Shown: positions 29,901 through 42,089, counted from the first letter of the stretch. The stretch: 64,000 nt of DNA from Octopus vulgaris (GCA_951406725.2 OX597817.1:53320001-53384000); one strand, 5' to 3'. Notes: generated by a model from the sequence alone, not told the origin. Numbers and translations are program-made.

Positions 29901-30553
29901 GTTGACTCCCAATGAATGTGAGGATGATGTTGGTGTCTACCCCCCCCCCCCCCCGGGACAGCCATTGACTGTGCTGTCCCCCGCCAGGCCCCCAAAGTTA
30001 TGTAGGGACCCCCGTAGGTGCTGCCCCACTCATAAGTGCCGTTCCCTTAAAAGCGTTGCCCGGGAAGGGAACGCCCTTCCATCAAAAGCTACGCTATTGT
30101 GGTGGCGATGTAACGTTGTGGATGTTTCTGTAATTAATTCATCTGGTAATTAACAAATTCTTTATCACTAAAGATAATTTTGATTCTTTAAGGCGCAGGA
30201 GTGGCTGTGTGGTAAGTAGCTTGCTTACCAACCACATGGTTTCGGGTTCAGTCCCACTGCGTGGCATCTTGGGCAAGTGTTTCTAATATAACCTCGAGCC
30301 GACCAAATCCTTGTGAGTGGATTTGGTAGACGGAAACTGAAAGAAGCCCTTCGTATATATATGTTTTTTCTATTTTCTCTCCTTGTTTATTTCTGTGTTC
30401 CTTTCTATCGAAGAGCGTAGGTTCGAAGCGTAAACGACTTTCTCACTTCCCAAGCGTTAAACTAATACATCTGTTTGTTGTTTACACACTCGTATTCGTC
30501 TTTTGTTTTTCTGTAAATTCTCACGAAGTGTATATACATATATAGATATATAT

Positions 30554-30713
30554 AGGAGTGGCTGTGTGGTAAGTAGCTTGCTTACCAACCACATGGTTCC
30601 GGGTTCAGTCCCACTGCGTGGCAACTTGGGCAAGTGTCTTTTACTATAGCCTCGGGCCGACCAAAGCCTTGTGAGTGGATTTGGTAGACGGAAACTGAAA
30701 GAAGCCCGTCGTA

Positions 30714-30759
<46 letters not shown>

Positions 30760-30975
30760 TGTGTGTTTGTGTGTCTGTGTTTCTCCCCCTAGTATTGCTT
30801 GACAACCGATGCTGGTGTGTTTATGTCCCCGTCACTTAGCGATTCAGCAAAAGAGACCGATAGAATAAGTACTGGGCTTACAAAGAATAAGTCCCGGGGT
30901 GGAGTTGCTCGATTAAAGGTGGTGCTCCAGCATGGCCGCAGTCAAATGACTGAAACAAGTAAAAGAGTAAAAGAG
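30554..30975 (+). mobile_element. SINE family B, full length
   Basis: Head, internal (TA)/(GT) tract, tail ending (AGTAAAAG)2. Confidence 0.92.
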
Positions 30976-31003
<28 letters not shown>

Positions 31004-31006
<3 letters not shown>

Positions 31007-32050
31007 TTAAATATCCTTAAAAATGTTTTAGCCCGAAGGCCGCGGCCATGCTGGGGCACCACCGCTGAATGAGCTACACTAGTTTGTGAATCCACCTCTG
31101 ATACGTGGCACTTGATCAAGAAGGGAGTTCGATGCTGCTGCCCGCATCCGTGTCTCCTGTCGTGAGGTAGGTTCATCTGGGACTCCCAACAAGAAGAGAT
31201 CCAGTTTAGTTTTAAAGAAACCCACATCTACACCATGTAAGTCTCTCAGGCATTTAGGGAGGATGTTAAAGAGCTGTGGTCCTCTGAAACCCAAGCTGTT
31301 GCAGTATCTGGACCTGTATTTTGATGGTGATGTTGGAATCCTTGGCACCACGCAGCGGCGCCCTGTTCTGCGGTTGGAGTAACTTTGAATGCCAAAGTTT
31401 GGGACAAGACCCTCCAGGATTTTCCAGATGTATATCACTGCATATCTCTCCCGCCTCCGCTCCAGGGAGAAGAGGTTTAATACCTTCAGTCTTTCCCAGT
31501 AACTGACATTTTGCATTGAGACGATTTTCTTTGTGTAGCTTCTCTGAGTTGCTTCGAGTTCTGCTGTTTGTTTTATATTGTGTGGTGACCAAAGTTGGGA
31601 GCAGTAGTCCAAGCGGCTGAGGACAAATGTTTTCCATAGGACCATCAGTGTCTCCTCTCTTGTTCTGAAAGTTCGGAGAATCCATCCAGCTAGCCGTCTG
31701 CATTTTATCACCAGATTAGCAATATGCATTTGGAAAGATGCATCATTGCTCATGTCAATGCCCAGGTCACGCACTGATTTTGACTCAGGGATTGCAATTC
31801 TTCCTGGGCCAGTGTATCCAGTCTTCACGTCATTTACCTTTGTGTGCCAGTAGCGCAGGGCCTGGAACTTACCTGCATTAAACTGCATGTTGTTGTCCTC
31901 AGCCCACCTGTATATTGTGTCCAGCTCATGTTGCAGATGCGCAATATTTTCAGGGTTTTGTATTGCGTGGGAGACTTTTGTGTCATCTGCATAGCTAGCA
32001 AGGGTGGTCATCGTAGCAACTGAAGGCATGTCTGAAAGGGCCACTAACAA
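31004..32050 (-). mobile_element. 5'-truncated CR1/L2-group LINE: C-terminal RT half, 3' UTR and (TTTAAGGAT) tail
   Basis: Uninterrupted 323 codons with YADDTK, FNAGKF, VRDLGI, RLDYCSQLWSP and SLERRRER; stop at 31079. Confidence 0.92.
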
Positions 32051-32126
32051 CGCCCGGTCTGGGAATCGAAACCGCGATCCTGCGACCGCGAGTCCGCTGC
32101 CCTAACCACTAGGCCATTGCGCCTCC
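32047..32126 (-). mobile_element. Isolated tRNA-like head of SINE C fused to the LINE 5' truncation point
   Basis: GGAGGCGCAATGGCCTAGTGGTTAGGGCAGCGGACTCGCGG...GGTTTCGATTCCCAGACCGGGCGTTGT; matches 39821-39900. Confidence 0.85.
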
Positions 32127-32130
32127 ACAA

Positions 32131-32167
<37 letters not shown>

Positions 32168-32275
32168 ATATATATGTATGCTATTAAGGTTCTCATTTTG
32201 TTAAATGAATAAATAATTCAACATTCTAATTTCCGAAAGTTGAACAAACTAAATTTGTTTCTCCATTTTCTTATT

Positions 32276-32358
<83 letters not shown>

Positions 32359-32421
32359 CTTGGTTGAGTTAGTATCGTTTGGAGTTCATGAAGTTGTGGG
32401 TGTTTCTATCTCTAACAATAT

Positions 32422-32503
<82 letters not shown>

Positions 32504-32671
32504 GCGCAGGAGTAGCTGTGCGGTAAGTAGCTTGCTTCTTACTAACCACATGATTCCGGGTTCAGTCCCACTGCGTGACACCTTGGGAAAGTGTTTCTAC
32601 TATATCCTCGGGCCGACCAAAGCCTTGTGAGTGAATTTGGTCGATGGAAACTGAAAGAAGCCCGTCGTATA

Positions 32672-32718
<47 letters not shown>

Positions 32719-33159
32719 GTGTTTGTGTGTCTGTGTTTATCCCCCTCCCCCCGCCAACATCGCTTGATGTGTTTACGTCCCCGTAACTTAGCGGTTCGAC
32801 AAAAGAGACCGATAGAATAAGTACTAGGGTTAGAAAGAATAAGTCCTGGGGGCGATTTGCTCGACTGAAGGCGTTGCTCCAGCATAGCCGCAGTCAAATG
32901 ACTGAAACAAATAAAAAAAGAAGAAAAACGTAATAGCCTGAGTCATTAGAATTCTTGAGGTTTCAGTGAGTTTAACAAATATCAACTTAATGTGGTCGTT
33001 TGCCTGCTAGAAACAACAGCCATATTTCCCTTAAATTACAACTTAAGATTTTAAAATTGGATGTAGGGTACACAGAATGATATAGCCCTAGATACACTAT
33101 GCCTGAAGGAAAACTGGACCGCAACAGCTGGAATGTTTTAGATTCCGTTTAAATCGAGC

Positions 33160-33252
<93 letters not shown>

Positions 33253-34205
33253 CAGTAGCAATAGCACAATAGACGCAGTAGTTTATTAATCCCATTTTTT
33301 CTCTGTTTCATCAGTTTCGCTCGAATGACTTTTCTTACAAATTGTCCTAATTTCTATATTCTGTTCTGTCGTATCTATGTACATTATCTTCTCTGTTTCT
33401 CTCTCCCCTGTCTCCTCCCCTCTTCCCCCCCCTCTCTCTCTCTTCCAGTTCTCTTTACATTCAAGTACATTGTCTCTCTATCTCTCTCTCTCGACTCTCT
33501 TCATCTATATAAATCATTTTCTCTCTCTTCTCTTCATGCGCCATGTTTGTTTTACAGGCGTCAGCAATCACGAACCTCTGAAGATCCCTGAGTTTTCATA
33601 CCTAAAATACAGCAGTGGTTTCCCATTTACTTACAGTTTACTCTGCCAATCTCTCCCTCGAAAGAGCCCATTATAATGTCCGTAGTTTCATGCGAGTTAT
33701 GTTTAAGATGGCGAGCTGGCAGAATCGTTACCACGCCGGCAGGGCCGGCCCAAGGTACTGGCAACTCGGGTAGTCACCCGGGGCACCATGTGCTAGGTGG
33801 TGCCAAGGAGAGTGTGACAAAGGCAAGGAAATTTCCACAACCGTCTTTATTCTATTTGGTTAGAGATAAGGTGGGGCTAAACAAGCACCACCACCAACCA
33901 CCACCACTGCCAACCACCGTCGCTTCCTCTGCTACCCATCCCTGCCACCACCACCACGAACCTCCCTTCATTCATTGCTAATTAATTCATCTGAAACGAT
34001 TCTTAAACGATCTGTGTAAAGACATGGGCAGAAATTACCTCTGAAGATAGCCATAAGCTCATTCAGGACAATAATAATACTAAGATACTTCATTGTCGTT
34101 AATTCCAGAATTAAAAGTATTGTGATATATAAGGAATGTTTTGTTAATTCCAAAATGATATTTTCTCACACTGGAGATCGCCATTTAATTTTTCCATCAA
34201 AATGA

Positions 34206-34681
34206 CGTTTATTTTCTTACCAGAAAATGTCGAGTTGTATTAAATCAAGATTAAATGAGAATATCCCACAAGGAACTTCTCTGTCAAATCTGTGAAATGT
34301 TACAGTAATGGAACAACGATATCTGAGATTTCTCCTTAATTTTTACCCGTCTTACTACCACGAAGGAAACTCCAGCTGGAGTGAATTCACCAAAGCATCC
34401 ACGATATTTAGTTACTGTTTCTTTACGTTCTGAATTCACATGTCAGTCAAGTTTCTTTTGGTCTTTCTGGACCGATTCAAGAAAGGACCAGTGAAATAGT
34501 GCTGGAGTCAATTTAATTTTCCAATAATACACTTTAAACGTGGTGGGAGTTTTTGTAGAGGTCTACAAAAAGAAAACCCCTCCAGTAAAAGAGCCGGAGA
34601 TTTGACAGAAATTTCTTGCGGGATATTCTCATTTGATCTTGATTTAGTGCAACTCGACATTTTCTGGTAAGAAAATAAACG
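34206..34681. mobile_element. Element with about 85-bp terminal inverted repeats (MITE-like)
   Basis: CGTTTATTTTCTTACCAGAAAATGTCGAGTTG...TGTCAAATCT (34206-34291) mirrors 34598-34681; no TSD recognised. Confidence 0.7.
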
Positions 34682-35319
34682 AATTACTTTGAGTTCGGCG
34701 ATCCTTCAATATTTATTTCTTTATTGCCCTCAAGGGGCTAAACATAGAGGGAACAGACAAAGGGATTAAGTCGATTACATCGACCTCAGTGCGTAACTGG
34801 TACTTATTTAATCGACCCCGAAAAGATGAAAGGCAAAGTTGACCTCGGCAGAATTTGAACTCAGAACGTAAAGACAGACGAAATGCCGCCAGAATGGCAG
34901 TGTGAGCAGACAATGCCATTCACCCTTTATTTCAACTAAGGCACTTTATCAATGTCATGAGGGGAGATTCTGTGGGTGAATGACGTCATCTACCAATACC
35001 GAAGGATTTCCCTGTGTTCTATCAAATCCCACCGTGTCCTTCTCTACTTAGGTTGCAATCTTAATCCATTCCCGGTTTAACTCTACCAGCTGGTTGCAAG
35101 GTGCTTTTATGGAATCCATTCACAGGTCTCTGGTTTGAGAATAACTTCCTTCCATCCACCCTCCCCAACACCATCATCATCACTTCCAAGCAGTGCAATT
35201 TGTTTCGCTTTGTCTGTCATATTACACGTTAAAAGTTCGAAAGATCACCTTGGAAATACAACATGTCTTTGGGACTAGATCATCCAGTGTATTCATTTTT
35301 CTCTTCTATTTTTTTTTAA

Positions 35320-35530
35320 CCCTTTCGTTACTGTATTTCTGTTGAGATGCTCTCTTTCAATTAATTTTAAATATAACAAAGAATTTAGTAAAATAACTTA
35401 GTATTCATTTAACTAGTGTTAGGAACATAAATTGTGACTAAGGTTTTGTGGAAGATTTTAATTCAAAACTCATGAAAACAAGACATTTGTACTCAGAGCC
35501 AGAGCCGGTTTCAGTCGGGTTGGTAACGAA
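35320..35530. mobile_element. piggyBac-like MITE, right end clipped, in the PSMG1 upstream region
   Basis: TTAA followed by CCCTTTCGTTAC ... GTAACGAA. Confidence 0.5.
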
Positions 35531-35594
35531 TGATGGCGATTTCACTGCTATTTCTAGCTCGTTAAGCGACCCTAGTAACTATCTCCCATTGTCT

Positions 35595-35681
35595 ATTCAA
35601 AGGGAAGTAACTCTTATATTATGCAGAAGCGCCGGAAGCGGTGTAAATTGTTTATTGTCCCTTCTCTCATTTAACATGGCG
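35595..35681 (+). promoter_or_regulatory. PSMG1 proximal promoter, housekeeping type
   Basis: ETS-type CCGGAAG at about 35632 and YY1-type AACATGGCG overlapping the start codon; CpGs retained. Confidence 0.5.
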
Positions 35682-35776
35682 ACATTCTTTGGTGAAGTTC
35701 TTCCAGTTTTTTCCCGGGCGACGGGCGACGACGACGATTTCGACGAAGATGAAGAGCAGGAAGTAGACTTAACGTG
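35676..35776 (+). CDS. PSMG1: Proteasome assembly chaperone 1, exon 1
   Basis: MATFFGEVLPVFSRATGDDDDFDEDEEQE resembles the PSMG1 N-terminus (MAATFFGEV plus acidic tract); donor GTAAAT, phase 2. Confidence 0.93.
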
Positions 35777-35992
35777 GTAAATTGGTGCTTCTTTCATTAT
35801 CATTAGAACTAAGTAGATGTGTATTCCCTGCTTTGTTGCTGTTATTTACTAAACTAAATTAACGATACTGACACTTCAGATCATCCTACGATCTCAAAAA
35901 GAAAATGATAAACATGTTGAATAATGTAGTCCTAGATATTTAGTGTGGGATGCGCAAAAAGATAGGATAATCACAGCTGGGGTAATTTTGTA

Positions 35993-36265
35993 GGTACTAC
36001 TAGCGAACAGTGGTCCCGGTGCGCGCATCCGCGCTAGCTAGTCGATTCTACAACGACTTTTTAACCCAAACCTTAGTTTGTTTATAAAAATAATTTATTT
36101 ACTTAGTTTAAAAAATTATTTACTTTGTTCGAAAAATATTATTTAATTTTCTTTGATATGTATTCAGCCTTGAAATACAAACACGCGGAAGTCGTTGTAG
36201 GATCAACTACTTACGACTAGCTAGCGCGAGTGCGCGCACCGGGACCACTGTTCGCTTGTGATACC
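35993..36265. mobile_element. MITE with GC-rich TIRs and 9-bp TSD (Merlin- or MULE-like), copy 1
   Basis: GGTACTACTAGCGAACAGTGGTCCCGGTGCGCGCA ... TGCGCGCACCGGGACCACTGTTCGCTTGTGATACC; exact TSD AATTTTGTA. Confidence 0.88.
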
Positions 36266-36741
36266 AATTTTGTAAGCATAGCTAGGACTACCCAATAATT
36301 TGGTTGTGTATTAGAGTTGCAAACGAAGTACCGTGTCCCTAGTAGCTATTAAGATACACAGTAACTGTTTAATTAAAATAGATCAACTGTAATTAACTGA
36401 TTTATTGTTAAATGACGTAAAATTGAATCAATAAAAGATTGTCCGTCATAAACTGCGTTATTTTATATAATTAAAGCATTCAGAGACTTAGTTTTCCCCC
36501 ACCTCCACACCTCAAGTTTGAGATTGTATTGTTGTTGTGTATATTAAATGATGAATCACTGCCGGGTTACATAGTGTTATTTGGTTATCTCCCTTTATGT
36601 TCCGAGTTGAAATCCAGCTGGGTTTGGTTTTCCCCATTATTATCATCCTTTCAGGGCTGATAAGCTAAGGACAAATGAAACACTGGGATCGATGTACTCG
36701 ACTATCCCTTTCCCCTCAAATTTCAGCCTTTGTGCCTATAG

Positions 36742-37036
36742 GGTACTACTCGAGAACAGTGGTCCCGGTGTGCGCACTCGTTTAGTCGCGCATCCGCGCT
36801 AGCTAGTCGTGACTAGTCGATCCTACAACGACTACCTAGCAAAGTAAATAAAACACAAAATAAATAATTTTTTTTTACACAAAGTAAATGATTTTTGTAA
36901 AACAAAGTAAATAAAACGCAAAAACACAAAGTAAATCATTTTTTTAAACAAAATAACACAAAAACACAAAGGATCGACTAGTCATGACTAGCTGGCGCGA
37001 GTGCGCGCACTGGGACCACTGTTCTCAAGTAGTACC
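36742..37036. mobile_element. Same MITE family, copy 2, inserted in a SINE A tail
   Basis: GGTACTACT...AGTAGTACC; TSD TGCCTATAG / TGCTTATAG. Confidence 0.88.
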
Positions 37037-37203
37037 TGCTTATAGTAGAAAAGATTTATCTGGGCATCGATAAAAAGTGAACCAATTATTAATTCATTTG
37101 TTTAAGCTTACACAAAAGTTTTGACTTTGGTGACAGATTTTACATTTAGACGTTCTTGCAACCCTCCTCTGTTTTTCAGGTGAGGGAATTTATACAGCCA
37201 CTA

Positions 37204-37335
37204 CTTTATTAATGAAGTTGCAAAGACATCACAAAGTCTGTTACTCAGAGTTTCACATTCCCATTCTCCAACAAAAGGGAACGTGAAACTCTGAGTAACA
37301 GTTTTTGTGATGTCTTTGCAGCTTTATTGATAAAG
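37204..37335. repeat. Fold-back (59-bp arms) with a hammerhead 3' half near the apex, followed by a tail and (TA)n
   Basis: Arms 37204-37262 and 37277-37335; contains GT-GAAA-CTCTGAG-TA-ACAG preceded by CCAACAA, possibly a CpG-decayed CCGACGA. Confidence 0.75.
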
Positions 37336-37404
37336 CATATTACTCTACCTCCTGTATTCTAGTACTATTTTATCCACCTTGTTTCATATTTATATGTTTA
37401 CTCT

Positions 37405-37447
<43 letters not shown>

Positions 37448-37807
37448 CAAAATGCTCTACAAGGTTACCTCTGGATATCCTTGTTGCTTATTTTGATTTT
37501 AATCACCTTATTTTGAAATTTTATGGATAATACCATACTAAATTCTGGTGCCTCAACTTAAGTACCATATTTATCTGAATCTAAATTTTTGCTGAACTCA
37601 TCTACCATATATATATATTTCTTTATTGCCCACAGGGAGCTAAACACAGAGGGGACAACCAAGGACAGACAAAGGGGTTAAGTCGATTACATTGACCCCA
37701 GTGCATAACTGGTACTTATTTAATCGACCCCGAAAGGATGAAAGGCAAAGTCGACATCAGGGACACACACACACACTAACACACACAATGTCTCTTCTCT
37801 TTTGTAG

Positions 37808-37908
37808 GAAAACAAGCGTCCAGTGGAGTGAAGCAGCAGAGCGAAAACTCCAAGATAACAAGTTACCATGTTCTTTGTTGATAATTTCTGTTGGTCAAGT
37901 GGCATCAG
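37808..37908 (+). CDS. PSMG1: PSMG1 exon 2
   Basis: TTTGTAG acceptor, (W)KTSVQWSEAAERKLQDNKLPCSLLIISVGQVAS(G), like human PCSKFIIAIG; phases match. Confidence 0.92.
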
Positions 37909-38065
37909 GTAGAGTAATTTTGTGGTCATTGTAAACCCAGTTCATTCTGTAAAGAGGTTGGTGAGTGAATGGGGGCAACATTAGGTAGAGAGGGGCTTGT
38001 TAGTCTTACTGAGGACATGACAACTTTGCCAGTGCTGGTGATTTGATTAAATACACGTTAATATG

Positions 38066-38183
38066 GCTTACGGCCATATCACGTTGAAAGCACCGGTTCT
38101 CGTCTGATCACCGGAGTTAAGCAATGTCGAGCCTAGTTAGTATTTAGATGGGTGACCACTTGGGAAACCTAGGTGCTGTAAGC
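38066..38183 (+). pseudogene. Solitary 5S rRNA copy, probable pseudogene, in PSMG1 intron 2
   Basis: 118 nt GCTTACGGCCATATCACGTTGAAAGCACCGGTTCTCGTC...AGTTAAGC...GATGGGTGACC...GCTGTAAGC; the terminal helix pairs; no oligo-T terminator; several apparent CpG transitions. Confidence 0.9.
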
Positions 38184-38193
38184 GTCACACAAT

Positions 38194-38592
38194 AGGCACG
38201 GGAGTGGCTGTGTGGTAAGTAGTTTGCTTACCAACCACATGGTTCCGGGTTCATTCCCACTGCGTGGCACCTTGGGCAAGTGTCTTCTACTATAGCCTCG
38301 GGCCAACCAAAGCCTTGTGAGTGGATTTGGTAGGCAGAAACTGAAAGAACCCCATCGTAAATATGTATGTGTATGTATATGTTTGTGTGTCTATGTTTGT
38401 CCCCCCCAACATCACTTGACAACCAATAGTGGTGTGTTTACGTCCCCGTAACTTTGCGGTTCGGCATTAGAGACCGATAGAATAAGTACTAGGCTTACAA
38501 AAAATAAGTCCTGGAGTCAATTTGCTTGACTAAAGGCAGTGCTTCAGCATGGCCACAGTCAAATGACTGAGACAAGTAAAAGAGTAAAGAGT
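38194..38592 (+). mobile_element. SINE family B directly after the 5S copy
   Basis: Family B consensus. Confidence 0.9.
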
Positions 38593-39269
38593 AATACGCT
38601 CTGTAAAGAAGTTGGCCATATGAATGGCATCCATCCATAGAAATGGTGCCAAATGTTGTGTTTACAAACCAAACAACTCCAAATAAGAACTGACTCAGAT
38701 TGTTACTGCTTGTTTAACCATGACAGCATAAAACAACCGAAAAATGATTGTTTTGGTATGGAAATACAGATTTTATCCTGGGGGCTTCCAGAGGTTTTCC
38801 AAGTGAGATTGGAGCAACCAATGTTGTTCTTCAACTATTACAAGTTGGCACCTCCTGGAAAATAAATACTGACAGGCTGCTTTTTTACATGCCAGTCCAA
38901 TAGTGCCGCCTGGCTGGCATGTAAAAAGCACCATTTGAGTGTGGCCAATGCCAGCACTAGTGGAATGTAAAAAACACCATTCAAGTGTAGTTGATGCCGG
39001 GGTGGTTGGCATTAGGAAGGGCATCCAGCTGTAGAATCTTTGCCAGAACAGATTGTAGCCTTGTGTGGCCTCCTGGTTTGCCAGTCCTCAGTCAAACCTG
39101 TCCAACCCATGCCAGCATGGAGAGCAGACGTTCAGTAAATTGAGTACCATTCAATTACTAGGATCAATATATAGGTAATCGATATGCCCACCCCCACCCC
39201 GCATACACACACCTCAAAATGTATAGTCTTGTGGCCATTACTATTTATCATTTCTTCATATTTTTGTAG

Positions 39270-39454
39270 GTTTTTGCCAGGCGTATTTGTTAAAGGAAAG
39301 CCCCAAACCTGCTGGATGGCTGTCCACCTCTTTGACCACTGATGATTCAACACTTGATCATAATGCTGAAGTGTATCTCTGTGGGAAAGATGCTGTGTTT
39401 ATTCAGTGCACAAAGGAAATATCACCAGAGCAATCATTCTGCTGGGTGCACAAG
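39270..39454 (+). CDS. PSMG1: PSMG1 exon 3
   Basis: TTTTTGTAG acceptor; (G)FCQAYLL...VFIQCTKEISPEQSFCWVHK, like human LCQCSCYVAEDQQYQWLEK; donor GTAGAC. Confidence 0.92.
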
Positions 39455-39820
39455 GTAGACAGTTCAATTCCCGTCTTGTCTTCTCATATCCCTTCCTTCT
39501 TTCTTTTATCACTTTCTTCTCCCCCCCCCCCCTCTCTCTCTCTCTCAACTTAAAATTATTTCTCATGTTCTCCAAGTTGCTGGACCTTACAAAACATGAC
39601 AAAACACCACCAGAAATGTGCTTGGGTACAGCCCATTACTGGTTTAGTTTAGAAGTTGGTTTCATCACCACAAAGTTCCATGGGTGATTCCATTTCAAGG
39701 CAGCTTGATCAAGTGTCTCGTACCATAGTATCAGGTTCACCAATTATTTGTGCATGAAATTTATAGACTGGAACTGGTCAGAAACTCACCATAGTTATAT
39801 ATATATATATATATATATAT

Positions 39821-40123
39821 GGAGATGCAATGGCCCAGTGGTTAGGGCAGCAGACTCACGGTCGTAGGATCGCGGTTTCGATTCCCAGACCGGGCGTTGT
39901 GAGTGTTTATTGAGAGAAAACACCTAAAAAGCTCCACGAGGTTCCAGCAGGGGTTGGTGGTGATCCCTGCTGTACTCTTTTTGCCACAACTTTCTCTCAC
40001 TCTTTCTTCTGTTGGCCTGCTTGCTTAGCCAGCGGGGTGACTTCATTTAAAGGCGAAAACAATGTGAAGTGCATTGTGACCAGCGATGTGTAGCAACATC
40101 TGATAGCCTGGTTGGTCACGGTG
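39821..40123 (+). mobile_element. SINE family C in (TA)n
   Basis: tRNA-like head and shared tail. Confidence 0.85.
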
Positions 40124-40534
40124 ATATATATGTATATATTGATTGAGTCTGGTGCAGCTGCTGGCTCACCCGTCCTCAGTCAAACCATCTAACCCATGCC
40201 AGCATGGAAAGCCGGACGTTAAACGATGATGATAATGATGATATATTTTGATTGGTTGATTGATTGGTGATCAGTTTCCATCTATATGTAAGACACTTGT
40301 ATCCACAATGTAATCCTCAGACAATGTCAACATAACACAGTGTGTGTATGACAAGACTGAACTTTTTTAATTTAGAGACAGAATCTATCTGCTGGGCTTC
40401 TATGCAGTTTCCATTTCCCCAGTTTCATTCACATGATTTGGATTAATCTGTGATTATAGAAAATTACATTGTTTCAAGATGCTATGAAGTACAATCAAAC
40501 CCAAGACTTTGTAGTTCCAAAGCAAATGTGTTAA

Positions 40535-41177
40535 CCTGGTGCATATTTGATCACGTGTCAGAAGACGCAGAACCCACCGAGCAGCAGCCATCATGCCAAG
40601 TTCACTGTGTAGAACATTTTCAACTCTCTTACATGATGAGCCAATAGCTTTGGCTTTCATCCATCACCATGTGGTGAACATGATCAGTGGTGCCAGTTGC
40701 AGGATGTCCAGACCCTGGGTTATCTTCAAGACTCTCCCTTCCCCTCCTAAATTCATCATCATCGTTTAACGTCCGTTTTCCATGCTAGCATGGGTTGGAC
40801 GGTTCAACCGGGGTCTGGGAAGCCAGGAGGCTGCACCAGGCTCCAGTCTGATCTGGCAGAGTTTCTACAGCTGGATGCCCTTCCTAATGCCAACCACTCC
40901 GTGAGTGTAGTGGGTGCTTTTTACGTGCCACCGGCACAGGTGCCAGGGCTGGCTGGCAACGGCCACGATCGGTTGGTGCTTTTTATGTGCCACTGGCACT
41001 GGTATCACAACGACAATTTCCATTGATTTTTTGATTCAGCTGTCCAATTTTTCACCGTTGATAAAGGTGGGACATCGGCCCTTAATGTAGCAGCCATGCC
41101 AGCATGAAAGTCCTTGGGGGCTAACCCCTTTTCCTACAGGTACTTCATAACACCACAATGCCAAATTTTTTGTCCAT
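40535..41177 (-). pseudogene. Decayed mariner transposase, N-terminal half, split by an RTE tail (40754-41030)
   Basis: Minus-strand remnants MKYL*EKGLAPKD..STVKNWTAE / FRRGRESLEDNPGSGHP / LHSELGM..ARWVLRLLT (HTH region and WVPxxL motif). Confidence 0.8.
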
Positions 41178-41501
41178 TTTCAAGAGAAGTCACTACTAGT
41201 TACTTTTGCTGGCTTCTTTGAACAGTCAGGTGTCAGTTTACCTGGGAAGAAACAATTAGGTTATTAATAAGTAGAGTTGGAATTAATGCACACAAGATTT
41301 CTCACCTCTAACATCACTCATTATGAACTTCTCAGCCTACCTTTATATAAATCTGCTGTGATCTGAAATCAGCCCTTCAAAAGAACAAAATAAACACGTC
41401 CCATCAAATGCTAACTTCTAAGACTAAATATGTTTTGACCCACTTACCTTGCATAAAATCTGTTTTTCATTGTTGCGTCTTGTTTCTGAAATTCTTTGCA
41501 G

Positions 41502-41706
41502 GTCTTTGATTCTCTCCAGATGAACTCCACCGAAGTGTTTGTTCTCACTTCAGCGCCAGCCAGTGACTTCCGAACTGAAGCCTCTCTTTCTCAATTAACC
41601 GTACCATTTCTTCGTACTTTAAGAAGTTCCAGTACATGCTGTTTGCAGAGACCGCCTTGTCCTTACCTTGAACAACCAAATCTTATTTCTTCTCTCTCAG
41701 CACAAA
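41502..41706 (+). CDS. PSMG1: PSMG1 exon 4
   Basis: TTTGCAG acceptor; VF...PFLRTLRS...CPYLEQPNLISSLSAQ, like human PFLRALKT..CPLLEQPNIV; donor GTTAGT. Confidence 0.95.
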
Positions 41707-41751
41707 GTTAGTTTAATGGATTCTTTTATTTACTACTTTTCATCTATATCT

Positions 41752-41783
<32 letters not shown>

Positions 41784-41868
41784 ACGATGAAATTAAATAG
41801 AAAGATACATTTGACAATCCAATAATTGATTTATATTATAACATAATATACTATGAATCTATCTTTAA

Positions 41869-42089
41869 CTCTTTAGTATTCAGATTATTTTCTCAAGTGT
41901 AATGCTTATTTATTGATGTTGATTTAAATAACTCAGGCATTATCTTGTAGCTTTGAGATTTTGATGATGTTATTGTTTATTTTTAGCATGGCATTGTAGG
42001 ATTAATGTAGGAGGCTGGATCCAGTCAGTTTGAATGTAAAACAGGTAGAATATTTTGGGCCGGCTATGGCCTATTTAAATGCCAAAGGG
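41869..42089. mobile_element. piggyBac-like MITE
   Basis: TTAA on both sides; termini CTCTTTAGTATT / AATGCCAAAGGG. Confidence 0.7.

Noticed and set aside
32047-32126. tRNA gene candidates in SINE heads (also 39821 and 49380)
   Set aside because: A and B boxes are present but I could not form a proper cloverleaf, and the heads run into SINE or LINE bodies.
35448-35675. Upstream extension of the PSMG1 exon 1 ORF
   Set aside because: It starts at a non-ATG codon inside a MITE; homology begins at ATG 35676.
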